64,000 nt of DNA from Eledone cirrhosa. Taxonomy: Eukaryota. The stretch spans positions 26,288,001 to 26,352,000 of the forward strand of contig OZ024764.1 of the NCBI GenBank assembly GCA_964016885.1, given 5' to 3'. Under the pieces are notes generated by a model, which was not told where the DNA came from, did no database searches, and saw nothing but the letters and a program-made list of their open reading frames with translations. The position numbers and the translations under genes were made by a program. This document shows, piece after piece, positions 26,045 through 44,960 of the stretch (its first letter is position 1; every line of letters begins with the position of its first letter).

Positions 26045-26762
26045 CATTACCACCACCACTACTACCATCACTACCACCACCACTACTACCACCACCACCA
26101 CCACAACCTCGACCACAACCACAACTACTACCACTACTACCATCACTACCACCACCATCACCACCACAACCACAACCTCGACCACAACCACAACTACTAC
26201 CACTACTACTACCACCACCATCACAACCACTACCACCACCACTACCACCACCACTACTACTACCACTACCACAACCACAACTACCACCACCATCACAACC
26301 ACTACTACCACTACCACGACGACTACCACCAGTACCACCACCACCACCACTACTACTACTACTACCACCACCACCATCACCACCACAACCACAACCTCAA
26401 CTACAACCACAACTACTACCACTACTACCACCACCATCACAACCACTACCACCACCACTACCACCACCACAATTACCACTACCACCACCACTACCACCAC
26501 CACTACTACCAGTACTACTACCAGTACTACTACCACTACCACAACCACAACTACTACCACCATCACAACCACTACTACCACGACCACCACGACTACCACC
26601 AGTACCACCACCACCACCACCACTACTACTACTACTACCACCACCATCACCACAACCACCACCACCACCACCACCACTACTACTACTACTACCACCACCA
26701 CTACGACCACTACTACCACAACCATCACCACAACCACAACCACCACCACCACAACAACCACA
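26045..26762. repeat. (ACC/ACT)n microsatellite
   Basis: Direct inspection. Confidence 0.95.
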
Positions 26763-27589
26763 AAAAAAACAAACTAAAAATAAAGAAAAGATTAAGTAAA
26801 TGTTATCCAAAGCCCACCCTAGACAAATGCCACCATTATAAAAACCAGGGTAAAAATATATTACATGAACTAACATTTTAAAAACTATTCGTATTTGAGA
26901 CATTTAGGTTAGCTGCGATAGCTGGCATCTTTAGTGGCCCCTTTTACTAAAATATGACACAACTAGCTGGCCCCGTGCGGTCAAAAATGGCAGCTAGATC
27001 GATTGTCAGACAGAGATGTTGGATGTTATCTCTGCCTGACGACTGATCTAGATGTTTATTGATATCGTCTGGCATCCAGAAACCTTTGGTAATGGAGTAG
27101 TTATATTTTGTGTTGTTCACTTTCTAATTGAATATATATATATATATATATATATCATCATCATCATCATCATTTTATGTCCACTTTTCCCTGCTTGCAA
27201 GGGTGGGACGGGAACTGGTTCTGGCTTGATTTCTACACCCTAACACCAACCTCATTTACAGTGAGTGCTGGGTGCTTTTTTGCCGTGGCACCTCCACGAC
27301 CACTTTGCAGTGGAATGATATGGACCCCAGTCCCTATCATCTCATTTCTACAGCTGAGTAAACTGGAGCAATGTGAAATAAAGTGTCTTGCTCAAGGAAA
27401 CAACACATCACCCGGTCTGGGAATTGAACTCACAACCTTTTGATTGCAAAGCCAATGTTCTAACCACTAAGCCATGGGCCTCCATATATATATATATGTA
27501 TAAATATATATATATATATATACCCCCGTCCAAACCCATGCAAGCGTGGAACACGGACGTTAAACGTTGATGATGATGATGATGATGAT

Positions 27590-28640
<1,051 letters not shown>

Positions 28641-28987
28641 GTATGGTATTGTCCCGTCACTCCTGGTACAGTCTTAGAGGCGCCGTTTGTCTGTATATGT
28701 ATATCTAAGTATTGATACAAGGAGAAAGGAGGGGTGGGGGGGACTGTTATATGTCAAGCCATCACTTATCAATTGCCTTTATCTATGTTTACCATATATG
28801 GTCATTGCTGTTTAGACTCTTATATCCATCACTACCACCTACACACCATAATCTTCCCCCACCCCTCACCATCACTACCCACGCCATAATCAGCCTACCC
28901 TGCTCCCCCACCACCACCTTCACATGTTACTATCTTTTAAACACCCCGACCCCACTTCAACACTTTACTACTCTACGGAGGACAAAC

Positions 28988-29462
28988 TTCAACTGCCTCA
29001 ATGACAGAATAACTATGGGACAACTGCTATACTAGAGAGGGTCGTGTTAGAAGCAACCATTGCTCAATCTAGACCAGCCAAACTCGTGGATTTTATCCAA
29101 CCATCTTGTTCGTGGGTCAACTCCCGAGTCTCCTGCTTGTTGGTTTTCAACTGCCTCAATGACAGAATAACTATGGGACAACTGCTATACTAGAGAGGGT
29201 CGTGTTAGAAGCAACCATTGCTCAATCTAGACCAGCCAAACTCGTGGATTTTATCCAACCATCTTGTTCGTGGGTCAACTCCCGAGTCTCCTGCTTGTTG
29301 GTTTTCAACTGCCTCAATGACAGAATAACTATGGGACAACTGCTATACTAGAGAGGGTCGTGTTAGAAGCAACCATTGCTCAATCTAGACCAGCCAAACT
29401 CGTGGATTTTATCCAACCATCTTGTTCGTGGGTCAACTCCCGAGTCTCCCGCCTGTTGGTTT
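28988..29462. repeat. 158-bp unit tandemly triplicated
   Basis: gtcgtgttag at 29041, 29199 and 29357, near-identical copies. Confidence 0.9.
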
Positions 29463-29697
29463 TGCTTGTAAAATCTGTCCTAAATATCAGAGCTGTGATC
29501 TCTGAATATGTAGAAATTGCTACTCTATCTGAATTGACACTGATCTCTGAGTTACGCTCTCTATTGAGTAACATTACTCCAAAGCCCCTTTTGGAGGAAC
29601 CCCATTTTGGCCGCTTGTATTCGCGATTTCAATACATATATCTACTCAATACATATATCTATATGTGTGTGTGTCTATGTATATATGTATATATCTC

Positions 29698-29729
<32 letters not shown>

Positions 29730-29771
29730 GATGTATGATTGTATATATATATATATATATATAGATGTATG

Positions 29772-29827
<56 letters not shown>

Positions 29828-30102
29828 TGTATATATATGTATATATATATATGAATGTATATATATATATATATATATATATGAATGTATATATATGTAT
29901 ATATATATATGAATGTATATATATATATATATATATGAATGTATATATATATATATATATATGAATGTATATATATATATATATATATGAATGTATATAT
30001 ATATATATATATATATATATGAATGTATATATATATATATATATATATGAATGTATATATATATATATATATGAATGTATATATATATATATATATATAT
30101 AA

Positions 30103-30138
<36 letters not shown>

Positions 30139-30434
30139 GTATATATATATATATATATATATATATGAATGTATATATATATATATATATATATGAATGT
30201 ATATATATATATATATATATATATGAATGTGTATATATATATATAGATATAGATATAGATGTATGAATGTATATATATAGATATAGATATAGATGTATGA
30301 ATGTATATATATATAGATATAGATGTATGAATGTATATATATATATATATATATATAGGTATGAATGTATATATATATAGATATAGATGTATGAATGTAT
30401 ATATATGTATATATATATAGATATAGATGTATGA

Positions 30435-30477
<43 letters not shown>

Positions 30478-30908
30478 AATATATATATATATATATATGA
30501 ATGTATGTATATATATATAAGGGTGTCATGTCAGAGAGACATGCGCCATAGAATATGCTCAAAGATTCCAATGAATAGATCCGAGCATTTTATATCAACT
30601 AGAAATTGATTGATATATATATATATATATATCTAAAATGTGTTTATTTTAGATATATATATATGTCAATCAATTTCTAGTTTATATATATATATATATA
30701 GGAACCAGTAAGACCCCGACGGCTGAGCTCAAGCCGTTTCGACGGCTAATTCTGGACTAAAAATTTTTTTTTTTTTTTTTTTTTAGACCAGAATTAGCCG
30801 TCGAAACGGCTTGAGCTCAGCCGTCGGGGTCTTACTGGTCTTACTATATATATAAAGTACCAGTAATGCACTGGGTAATTGCTGGCCTTGTGCCTAAAGT
30901 AGAAACAG

Positions 30909-30967
<59 letters not shown>

Positions 30968-31298
30968 AATATATATATATATATGGTCTGATTGTCTTCA
31001 CTATTTATTATATAACTTGATTTAACGATAACACCAACTACAACAATAACACTACCATCATTCTTTAACCCCCCCCCCCCCCCCTCCGTACCCTTTTCTT
31101 GGCCTAATGAAATTTCTGCACTAACTAGCAGGAAAGGTGGACAACAGCGACAAACAACAATAACAGAAATGGAGGGAACTCTCATCTTTGTTCTTTTTTA
31201 AACCCTTTTATTTTTTTATGAAGAAAAGCAAAGGAACAAATTTTGTGAACCCCAAAATAGTTTGGGATGAAAAAATATATTTATATGTGTATATATAC

Positions 31299-31360
<62 letters not shown>

Positions 31361-31365
31361 ACATT

Positions 31366-31414
<49 letters not shown>

Positions 31415-31465
31415 AATAAATAGTTGGGATGAAAAAATATATTTATATGTGTATATATACATATG

Positions 31466-31496
<31 letters not shown>

Positions 31497-31501
31497 ACAT
31501 T

Positions 31502-31536
<35 letters not shown>

Positions 31537-31607
31537 AATAAATAGTTGGGATGAAAAAATATATTTATATGTGTATATATACATATGTATATATATATAT
31601 ATATATT

Positions 31608-31658
<51 letters not shown>

Positions 31659-31759
31659 AATAAATATCTCTTCTGATGAATGACTACATACAAAAATATC
31701 TGTCTTCAAGAAACCTTTGTAAATGAATTAATTATCTTATGTTGTTTATTACATAACTA

Positions 31760-34080
<2,321 letters not shown>

Positions 34081-34379
34081 CAATTCTGTTTGAGTGAATC
34101 AGTGTCCTCTGACCTGATCCCTCACAAAGCGACAACACATCGTACCCATGCTAGTGTGTAAGATGGACGTTAAACGATCATGATATATATATATGTATAT
34201 ATATATATATACATATATATATACACACACGTGTGTATTGCTATATGTGTAAACAAATATCGTTTTTTTTTTTTTATATTTTGTAATTTGAAAATAATCA
34301 AATTTGGCTATTTTTTTCTTTTTAATCTTTTTTGTAATTAAAATTTTTATCTATCTGGTTTAGGTATTGTTTTATGTTG

Positions 34380-34896
34380 TTGTGTGGGAGAGCTCTCTGT
34401 TGGGGGAGGGGTTGTGTGGGAGAGCTCTCTGTTGGGGGAGGGGTTGTGTGGGAGAGCTCTCTGTTGGGAGAGCTCTCTGTTGGGGGAGGGGTTGTGTGGG
34501 AGAGCTCTCTGTTGGGAGAGCTCTCTGTTGGGGGAGGGGTTGTGTGGGAGAGCTCTCTGTTGGGGGAGGGGTTGTGTGGGAGAGCTCTCTGTTGGGGGAG
34601 GGGTTGTGTGGGAGAGCTCTCTGTTGGGAGAGCTCTCTGTTGGGGGAGGGCTTGTTTGGGAGAGCTCTCTGTTGGGGAGGGGTTGTGTGGGAGAGCTCTC
34701 TGTTGGGGGAGGGGTTGTGTGGGAGAGCTCTCTGTTGGGGGAGGGGTTGTGTGGGAGAGCTCTCTGTTGGGGGAGGGCTTGTTTGGGAGAGCTCTCTGTT
34801 GGGGGAGGGGTTGTGTGGGAGAGCTCTCTGTTGGGGGAGGGGTTGTGTGGGAGAGCTCTCTGTTGGGGGAGGGGTTGTGTGGGAGAGCTCTCTGTT
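34380..34896. repeat. 32-bp G-rich minisatellite gggagagctctctgttgggggaggggttgtgt
   Basis: Direct tandem repeats with G-runs. Confidence 0.92.
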
Positions 34897-35589
34897 ATGA
34901 TCGGGTTTAGGAAGCACCTCTTGAAGAGAGGAGAACCCCAGATGCGCTCGAGATAGGAGGATTTCTTATGTTGAAGTCGGCAGCTTAATCTCTACCACCA
35001 GAACGGATATAAATACCAACATATTATTTGGACAGCGGACGACATGCTTTGATGCATGGAGTTACGGCCCTTGCCATTCTGAGTTCAAATCCCGCCGAGG
35101 TTAACTTTGCCTTTCATCCTTACGGGGTTGATAAAATAAAGTACCAGTAATACACTGGGATAATTGCTGGCTTTGTGCCAAAAGTAGAAACAATTATTTG
35201 GACAGTCAGCTTCCTGAATTATTTTTCCCGAATAAAACAGTTCTAGATTCGTAGAAGCCATTTCTATATTAAATATGTATACTCTGCTTTGTATTGAGTA
35301 CCTTACTTACTGTGGTTACCACCGATTCACTCCGGGATAAACCTATATATATATATATTTTTTTTAAGCACCTCTTGAAGAGAGGAGAACCCCAGACGTG
35401 CTCTAGATAGGAGGATTTCTTATGTTGAAGTCGGCAGATGGTCTGCCAGAACACTTTATCTGCTGATCTGAAGTCGGATTCCAGCTTAATCCAAAAGTCC
35501 TCTCTTGTCTTAGCTTTAGACCTCTTTACTGTGCAGAGCTCTGGTGATGCCTGGGGGAAATCTTGATTGTTATGCCTCAAACATTTAAG

Positions 35590-36077
35590 TATACTGAGAA
35601 ATATGAGAAATGAAAGGCCGGTTATATGATGCCTGTGTGAGGAGCGCGATGCTGCATGGTAGTGAGATATGGGCGGCAACTGCAGAGGATATGCGATGAC
35701 TGGAGAGAAATGAGGCAAGCATGCTCCGTTGGATGTGCAATGTCAATGTGCGTGAACGACCCAGCATGGATGTGTTGAGAGAGAAACTGTGTCTGAGGGG
35801 GATAGAATGTAGTGTACGGGAGAGGAGACTGAGGTGGTATGGACATGTGATGTGCATGGAGGATGACTGATGGGTGAAGAAGTGCCAGTTGAAGGAAGAC
35901 GTGGTAGAGGTAGACCACGAAAAACATGGGCGGAGGTGGTGAGAACAAACCTCAGATCGATGAAGCTCATGGTGGAGATGACGAAGGACCGTGACAAGTG
36001 GAGAGATGCTGTGCTGAATAAGACCCGTCCCACCCTTGCAAGAAGGGAAAAGCGGATGTAAAATGATGATGATGATG
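35590..36077 (+). mobile_element. Decayed RTE LINE 3' fragment
   Basis: GRLYDACVRSAMLHGSE...RRLRWYGHV with stops and frameshifts. Confidence 0.85.
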
Positions 36078-36179
36078 AGAGCATTTTGAACATAAAACAC
36101 AGATAGAACATGAAATAAACACTTTATTCAATTTTAATATAAATCAAATTTATTAAATTCTTTTCTCCAAATGATGCCC

Positions 36180-37440
36180 CCATCCAAAGGATGCCCGGGG
36201 CCTATACACCGTCAGTCCTCTCCCCACCATCTGCAGGCTACTGGCTGCGATCTTTTGTGCCTGTTTGTACTGCAAGTGCTTGAAGGAGGACTGATTTCCA
36301 AACCAAGCTTTGTAGGCCTCCTTCTTTGTTGGGATGGCAACTTTGACCCCTTGATTGAACCGGGGAGTCCTCCTGCCATCTGGTGCCACACCAAACCTCT
36401 TTCGCCCACAACATTTAACCCTTTAGCATTTAAACCGGCTGTATCCGGCCAGAATTCTCTCACTTCCTTCTGTTCAAACCGGCCATAACCGGCCACTCAT
36501 ACTCATGTTAAGATATTGTTCTCAAAATAAATATCAAAATCTCACAGATTCAATATTATGCGACATACTTATGTTAACCCTTTAGCATTCAAACCGGCCA
36601 TATCCGGCCAGAATTCTCTCACATCTTCTGTTCAAACTGGTTATAACTGGCCACTCATAACAACGTTAAAGTATTGTTCTTAAATAAATAATATCAAAAT
36701 CTCATAAATTTGATATTATGTGAGATAATTATGTAAGATAAAGCCTTTACTGTGAAAATATAATAGTATATATAGAGTAATGTAAATGTTATGTGAGGTA
36801 TTATGTGAGGTAAAGCCTTTACTGTGAAAATATAATAGTATATATAGAGTAATGTAAATGTTATGTGAGATATTATGTGAGGTAAAGCCTTTACTGTGAC
36901 AATACAATAGTATATATAGAATAATGTAAATGCTAAAGGGTTAACAGCTGAAGTAGAAACTGCTGAACTAAATAAACTTGATGTAAATAATATGTCCTCA
37001 GGTTGCTCTGGGAGTTCTCTGAATTTGGATGAAATAGGATCTGCACATCTGGTCCTGACTTCCTTATCCACCAAAGCTTCATACTATATTCTGTAGGTCT
37101 CCCTAGACTTGCCAATCTTGTGGGTTTCTTTAGCTTTAGGTCGTCTCAAGTTGCAGATAACTAGATGGTGATCAGTTGACAGCTCAGTCCCTCCGTTAAT
37201 ACGAGCATCAAGCACAGAATCAAAGAGATCAGAGACAATAACAAAATCAATTATTGATCTCTGTCCCTGATTCCCCTTATATCATGTATATTTATGGATG
37301 TCTCTGTGCTGAAAGGTATTCATAGTCGAGAGTCCATTGCTAGAACAGAAGTCTAATAAGGCCTCTCCATTCATATTTAGATTGGAGTCACTGTTTCTTC
37401 CAATCACTCCTTACCATGTCAGGTGGTCAGTGCCAACATA
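36180..37440 (-). mobile_element. Decayed LINE AP-endonuclease region interrupted by TTAA MITEs (36415-36943)
   Basis: Minus-strand GQRSIIDFVIVS...TELSTDHHLVICNLR, the APE C-terminal motif. Related + copy at 42975-43262. Confidence 0.72.
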
Positions 37441-37582
37441 TGCATAATTTTATGTAAGAACCTCTGTTAAGTTATGTTCCAAACACCAACAGTGTCTTTC
37501 ATTAGAAATATGGTAATGAAAGGGTTAAATCTTTTTTTTTATTCTTTATCTAATATTTTTCTTTCTCTTGCTCCTTATTCAG

Positions 37583-38388
37583 ATTTGAAGAAAAAGCCTA
37601 ACTCCAACGGAGTATGTTACGTTAATGAAGGGTTCATTAACGAGGAAAGGTTATCACGTGGTGCCGAGGACGTCTGCGTTGAAGTGGAAGAGATGGAATG
37701 TGGTGTAGACAGAGAGGATGGGGGGGTCGAACGGGAGAAAGGTGTCACGAGGAGGACTGCTCTCTCTTCTTTGGACTCTGGTGACGGAGAGATGGCAGAG
37801 TTCCGGGAGATGGACACTCTGCGGAGTAGCTGTTGCTATGACGACGATGACGACGATGAGAAGGAGAAAGAAAAGAAGAAAGAGAAGGGCAAAGAGAAAG
37901 AAAGGAAAAGAGTGGAGATGGGAAAAGGAAAGAGAGAGGAAAGTGATGATGACGATGATGATGATGTTGATGATAGGGAGGAGTATGAAGTGGAAAGGGT
38001 CAAGAGAGTGTCCAAGGGTGCCACACAATCGAGGTCACCCCCACCCCCGCGGCCAGCCTCATCCCCCACACCACCACCGCCATCGCGGGGGTCGTCGCGT
38101 CACTCAAGCTCTTCAGTTTCGGGCTCCAGTCCGATGTCCCTACCCCGTCCGAACTTCAGCCCTCCCCCACCGCCGTCCCCAACACGGCAGGGATCGTCGC
38201 TGCCCCCACCGCATGGGTCATCACCTCCCACCCGCTCGGCCTCTGCCATTTCGATGTCCCCAACCCGACCCAAGTTCTGTCCTCCGCCACCTCCACCCTC
38301 ATCCCCCCCACCATCAACACTACCGCAGGGATCGTCCCCCACAACCTCCCCCCCACCACGCTCCTCCCCCCCACCACCACCACCGTAG
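37583..38388 (+). CDS. SPNS1: Candidate long terminal exon of spinster (DLKKKPNSNGVCYVNEGF..., acidic/Lys-rich then Pro/Ser-rich)
   Basis: Strong pyrimidine tract plus ttcag acceptor at 37582. Phase 1 joins AAA G + AT = KD. About 270 open codons in GC-rich unique sequence, with aataaa shortly after 38608. Confidence 0.6.
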
Positions 38389-39689
38389 GGGTTCGTCACC
38401 ACCGCCTCCGCCCCAACCCCACCACCACCACCTCAGGTATCTTCATCACCACCACCACCACCACCACTATCATCACCACCCTCTCATCCCACTCATAACC
38501 ACCATCATCTCCCTCGTCCCCACACCACCACCGCAGGGATCCCCCCCCCACCACTATCAGCTGAAAACTGGGTTATGGGGATTCCTTTGTGTCAATGAGG
38601 GATTCTAGAAACTAAATAAAGAGAGTTTATTTTTTTAATGCTTTAACCCTTTAGCATTTACATTATTCTATATTTACTATTATATTGTGGAGGCACATGG
38701 CTTAGTGGTTAGAGCATTGGGCTTGCAATCGAAAGGTTGTGAGTTCAATTCTCAGACCGGGTGATGTGTTGTTTCCTTGAGCAAGACACTTTATTTCACA
38801 TTGCTCCAGTTTACTCAGCTGTAGAAATGAGATGATAGGGACTGGGGTCCCTATCATTCCACTGTAAAGTGGTCGTGGAGGTGCCACGGCAAAAAAGCAT
38901 CCAGCACTCACTGTAAATGAGGTTGGTGTTAGGAAGGGCATCCAGCTGTAGAAATCAAGCCAGAATCAGTTCCCGTCCCACCCTTGCAAGCAGGGAAAAA
39001 GCGGACGTAAAATGAAATGATGAAAATGATGATGAAGTATCAAATGGGGTATTTTTCTATAATACCCTCTCAAAAATCAAACATAAATCCCCCAAAAGGG
39101 GACTATCTGTGAGGGTCACTCGTGGAGAAAACCCCACACTGGGTTCACATTACGAAAACATTAAAGACGATAGCAGATAGATTACAAAATTAGATAAATT
39201 TTTGGTGATTGTGAGGTGATGGGACTGGGGTCCCTATCATTCCACTGCAAAGAGGTCGTCGAAGTGCCACGGCAAAAAAGCATCCAGCACTCACTGTAAA
39301 TGAGGTTGGTGTTAGGAAGGGCATCCAGCTGTAGAAATCAAGCCAGAACCAGTTCCCGTCCCACCCTTGCAAGCAGGGAAAAGTGGACGTAAAATGAAAT
39401 GATGATGATGATGATTGTCATGGTAAACACTTTATCTCACATAATATCGAATCTATGAGATTTTGATATTGTTTCTTTTGAGGACAATATCTTAACATCA
39501 GTATGAGTGACTGGTTACAGCTGGTTTGAATGGAAAGAGGTGAGAGAATTTTGGGGCAGATACGGCTGGTTGAAATGCTAAAGCCGCTTCTTAATGGAAG
39601 CCCTTGTCACCTTTTTCTTGTGAAAATAAAGTTTATCTTCTCTACTAACAAATACTGAATACTCGTTCAATTATTGATTCACTGTTTAT

Positions 39690-41490
<1,801 letters not shown>

Positions 41491-41509
41491 ACAAAACACT
41501 ATACACACA

Positions 41510-41862
41510 CATAAACGCATGCGCAGAGAAGACAAAAAAAAAAAATAAATAAATAAATAAATAAACGAATAGACTAAATAAAGATGGCGTAAGCATACAA
41601 TGCAACGGGAAGAAACATAATAGCACCACTGACGATGTTGCAGATGTGCAACGAAAGAACTTTGATAGACTATATATATATGTTTGTGTCTATATTGTAT
41701 CTGTATTTTTGACCGTTGGTCAGTCAATGGCAACATTGAGGACCAAATAAATTAAATTAACCGATATAAAGGACACAGAAGCGAAAACCAACCAAACAGT
41801 GAGTGTGTTCTGTTATTAATTCTGGCAATATTACACAAATATGACCCTCCCCAAGTATAACA
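41510..41862 (+). mobile_element. Family H2 hammerhead element, diverged copy
   Basis: AAGATGGCG, then CTGACGA-tgttgca gatg tgcaac-GAAAgaactttga at 41629-41665, and terminal atgaccctcccca agtataac, all shared with 11117-11360. Confidence 0.72.
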
Positions 41863-42319
41863 GTAGGCACATGGCTTAGTGGTTAGAGCATTGGCCTTGC
41901 AATCGAAAGGTTGTGAGTTCAATTCTCAGACCGAGTGATGTGTTGTTTTCTTGAGCAAGACACTTTATTTCACATTGCTCCAGTTTACTCAGCTGTAGGA
42001 ATGAGATGATAGGGACTGGGGTCCCTATCATTCCACTGTAAAGTGGTCGTGGAGGTGCCACGGCAAAAAAGCACCCAGCACTCACTGTAAATGAGGTTGG
42101 TGTTAGGAAGGGCAGCCAGCTGTAGAAATCAAGCCAGAACCAGTTCCCGTCCCACCCTTGCAAGCAGGGAAAAGTGGACGAAAAATGATGATGATGATGA
42201 AATGATGATATATATATATTTGCTCTAGGGTTCTTATATATTTGATATATATTTATCCTTATCGAGCCCTCTTTGGAATTTAGTCTTCAAATTTATTATT
42301 ATTACTATATATATATATT

Positions 42320-42540
42320 TGTTAAGTATTTCCGTAGAAAAGGTAAAGGAAAGAAGAGTGCTCTGTGTATAGTACAGAGCTATTTAATTACACAATAAAC
42401 AACACAATATAATTATTCCATTACCAAAGGTTTCATTAGAAAGAATCTTCTGATGAACGATAACAGGCGTTTTTGTTAGAACCGTCTGACTTCGTGAAAC
42501 CTTGAGTAATGGAATAATTATATTGTGTTGTTTATTGTTT
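42320..42540. mobile_element. Fold-back element with hammerhead-like loop and GCTC...GAGC tail
   Basis: About 42-bp arms. ctt-CTGATGA-acga...tcgt-GAAAC at 42447-42506. Tail homologue at 13245-13325. Confidence 0.68.
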
Positions 42541-42910
42541 ATTACATAATTATATCCATAATTATTACATAATTATATTCATACTTATTACATAATTATA
42601 TACATACTTATTACATAATTATATCCATACTTATTACATAATTATATACATACTTATTACATAATTATATCCATACTTATTACATAATTATATCCATACT
42701 TATTACATAATTATATACATACTTATTACATAATTATATCCATACTTATTACATAATTATATCCATACTTATTACATAATTATATCCATACTTATTACAT
42801 AATTATATTCATACTTATTACATAATTATATCCATACTTATTACATAATTATATCCATACTTATTACATAATTATATACACACTTATTACATAATTATAT
42901 CCATATATTA
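42540..42910. repeat. 23-bp minisatellite cttattacataattatatccata
   Basis: About 16 tandem copies. Confidence 0.92.
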
Positions 42911-43356
42911 TTGAATAAAATGACAGGAAGCCAGACTGATGAGATTCCTTCAAAGATTTATTTCAGCAATAGAGCAGATATATATGGTATAAGGGGAATG
43001 AGGTACAGAGATCAATAATTGATTTTGTTATTGTTTCTGATTTCTTTGATTTCATGTTAAGACATTGACTGAGCTGTCAACTGATCACCATCAGATTATC
43101 TGCAACTTGAGGCTCCCTAAAATCAAAGAAGCCCACAAAACTGGCAGGTCCAGGGCAACCTACAGGATAAAGTGGGAAGTGTTGATGGATAAGGAAGTCA
43201 GGACCAGGTGTGTAGATACTATTGCATCTAAATGTAGAGAACTTCTTAAGCAAATTGAGGACGTAACACATCTAAACATAAATACTCATAACTATATATG
43301 TATGTTTTTAAATAGTATTTGATGTATGTTTTATTATTTACATCAAATTTATTTTT

Positions 43357-43876
43357 AACCCTTTAGCATTTAAACCGGCTGTATCCGGCCAGAATTTTCT
43401 TACCCCTTTTTGTGCAAACTGGCTGCAATTGGCCACTGATACCTACAATAAGGTATTGTCCTCAAAATAGATAATATCAACTGTCCAACGATTCTCTCCT
43501 AAGACATTCTAACTGTGAAATAAAGTCTTTACCATGAAAATATAATAGTATATATAGGGTAATGTGAGGTAATGACTTTAATGTGAAAATACAATAGTAT
43601 ATATAGAGTAATGTGAGGTAAAGACTTTAATGTGAAAATACAATAATATATATAGAGTAATGTGAGGTAAAGACTTTAATGTGAAAATACAATACTATAT
43701 ATAGAGTAATGTGAGGTAAAGACTTTAATGTGAAAATACAATAATATATATAGAGTAATGTGAGGTAAAGACTTTAATGTGAAAATACAATAATATATAT
43801 AGAGTAATGTGAGGTAAAGACTTTAATGTGAAAATACAATAATATATATAGAGTAATGTAAATGTTAAAGGGTTAA
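43357..43876. mobile_element. TTAA-CCC MITE with internal 48-49-bp tandem array
   Basis: ttaaccctttagcatt...gttaaagggttaa. Confidence 0.8.
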
Positions 43877-44297
43877 AATCTACACAGGGGACACAGTAAC
43901 ATATATACCAGAGATACAGTAACACAGAATATAATTTATTGAAAGAAAATGTGGAGAGAATACTTTTGGCACAAGGCCAGCAATTAATCCAGTACATTAC
44001 TGGTACTTTATTATATCGACCCAGTAAGGATGAAAGGCAAAGCTAACCTTGGCGGGATTTGAACTCAGAACTCTGTACATAATATAATTGTTTCTACTTT
44101 TGGCATAAGGCTAGCAATTACCTCAGTGTATTACTGGTACTTTATTTTATCGACTCCGTAAGGATGAAAGGCAAAGTTAACCTCGGCGGAACTCGAGCTC
44201 AGATCATAAAGGGCCGTAACTCTATATTGCAAAGCATGTCGTCCGACAGAGAATAATAAGAGTTGTTCCCCTTCCATATTTTACGTTGTTATTATAC

Positions 44298-44405
44298 ACA
44301 TGCGCAGTAGAGCACTACTCCACTTCCGTCTTCACTGGATGTAGTTATAATATACGAAAATATCTAGAAAGTATTAAAGATGTGAAAGTAGTCAATAGTG
44401 TAAGT
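44298..44405 (+). promoter_or_regulatory. Putative promoter and non-coding first exon of the ZNF gene
   Basis: TGCGCA (NRF1-like half site) and CACTTCCG (ETS-like) motifs, then a gtaagt donor at 44400. A pyrimidine-rich ttcag acceptor at 46874 opens the ZNF exon. Inference only. Confidence 0.35.
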
Positions 44406-44740
44406 ATTATGTCTGCTAATATTGTAGACTTACGTTAACACTTCTCACATGAGAAATATTGGTTTTTCTTTCTTTCATTATTGGAAATATAAAACGTTAT
44501 GGTGAACATGTGTAATTTAGCCACCTCTAATTAATTAAAGCGGAAACTATTGTTGTTGCTAGTCAGACATTGATATTAGTTCTATTGTCCAGTACATTGT
44601 CTCAAATATCACAGATTAAACAGATTTTAACAATAACAACACAAATCAATAACTTTAATCTAGATTATTATCTAAACTACGATGTATAATTGTATTGAAA
44701 TCTAATGGTCATCATTTGCTGTCCCCATCTACGACACATT

Positions 44741-44960
44741 GTACAGGGTGGTCCGAAAGTCTTGTCACCCCCTACCAAAAAGTAATGAGAACCAGTTTAT
44801 GTTCCCATCGTAGTATCGTCCTCTTCGGAGGAGCTGGTTTGCCGAATCTTGCAGTGAAGTCATGTCGCACATCCTCCATACTCTTGCCAGAATACACACG
44901 ATTATGTGTCCATACACTTGCAGGCAGCCTCTCTTCCAAACTGTAAGAGCTGGGAAATAG
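44741..44960 (-). mobile_element. Tc1/mariner relic: transposase N-terminal HTH fragment fused to a terminal repeat
   Basis: Minus frame reads YSLEERLPASVWTHNR...VRHDFTARFGKPAPPKRTILRWEHKL, next to a TA-CAGGGTGGTCC terminus. Confidence 0.65.

Noticed and set aside
26995-27051. Pre-miRNA-like hairpin
   Set aside because: Short imperfect stem with no recognisable miRNA; cannot be supported without small-RNA data.
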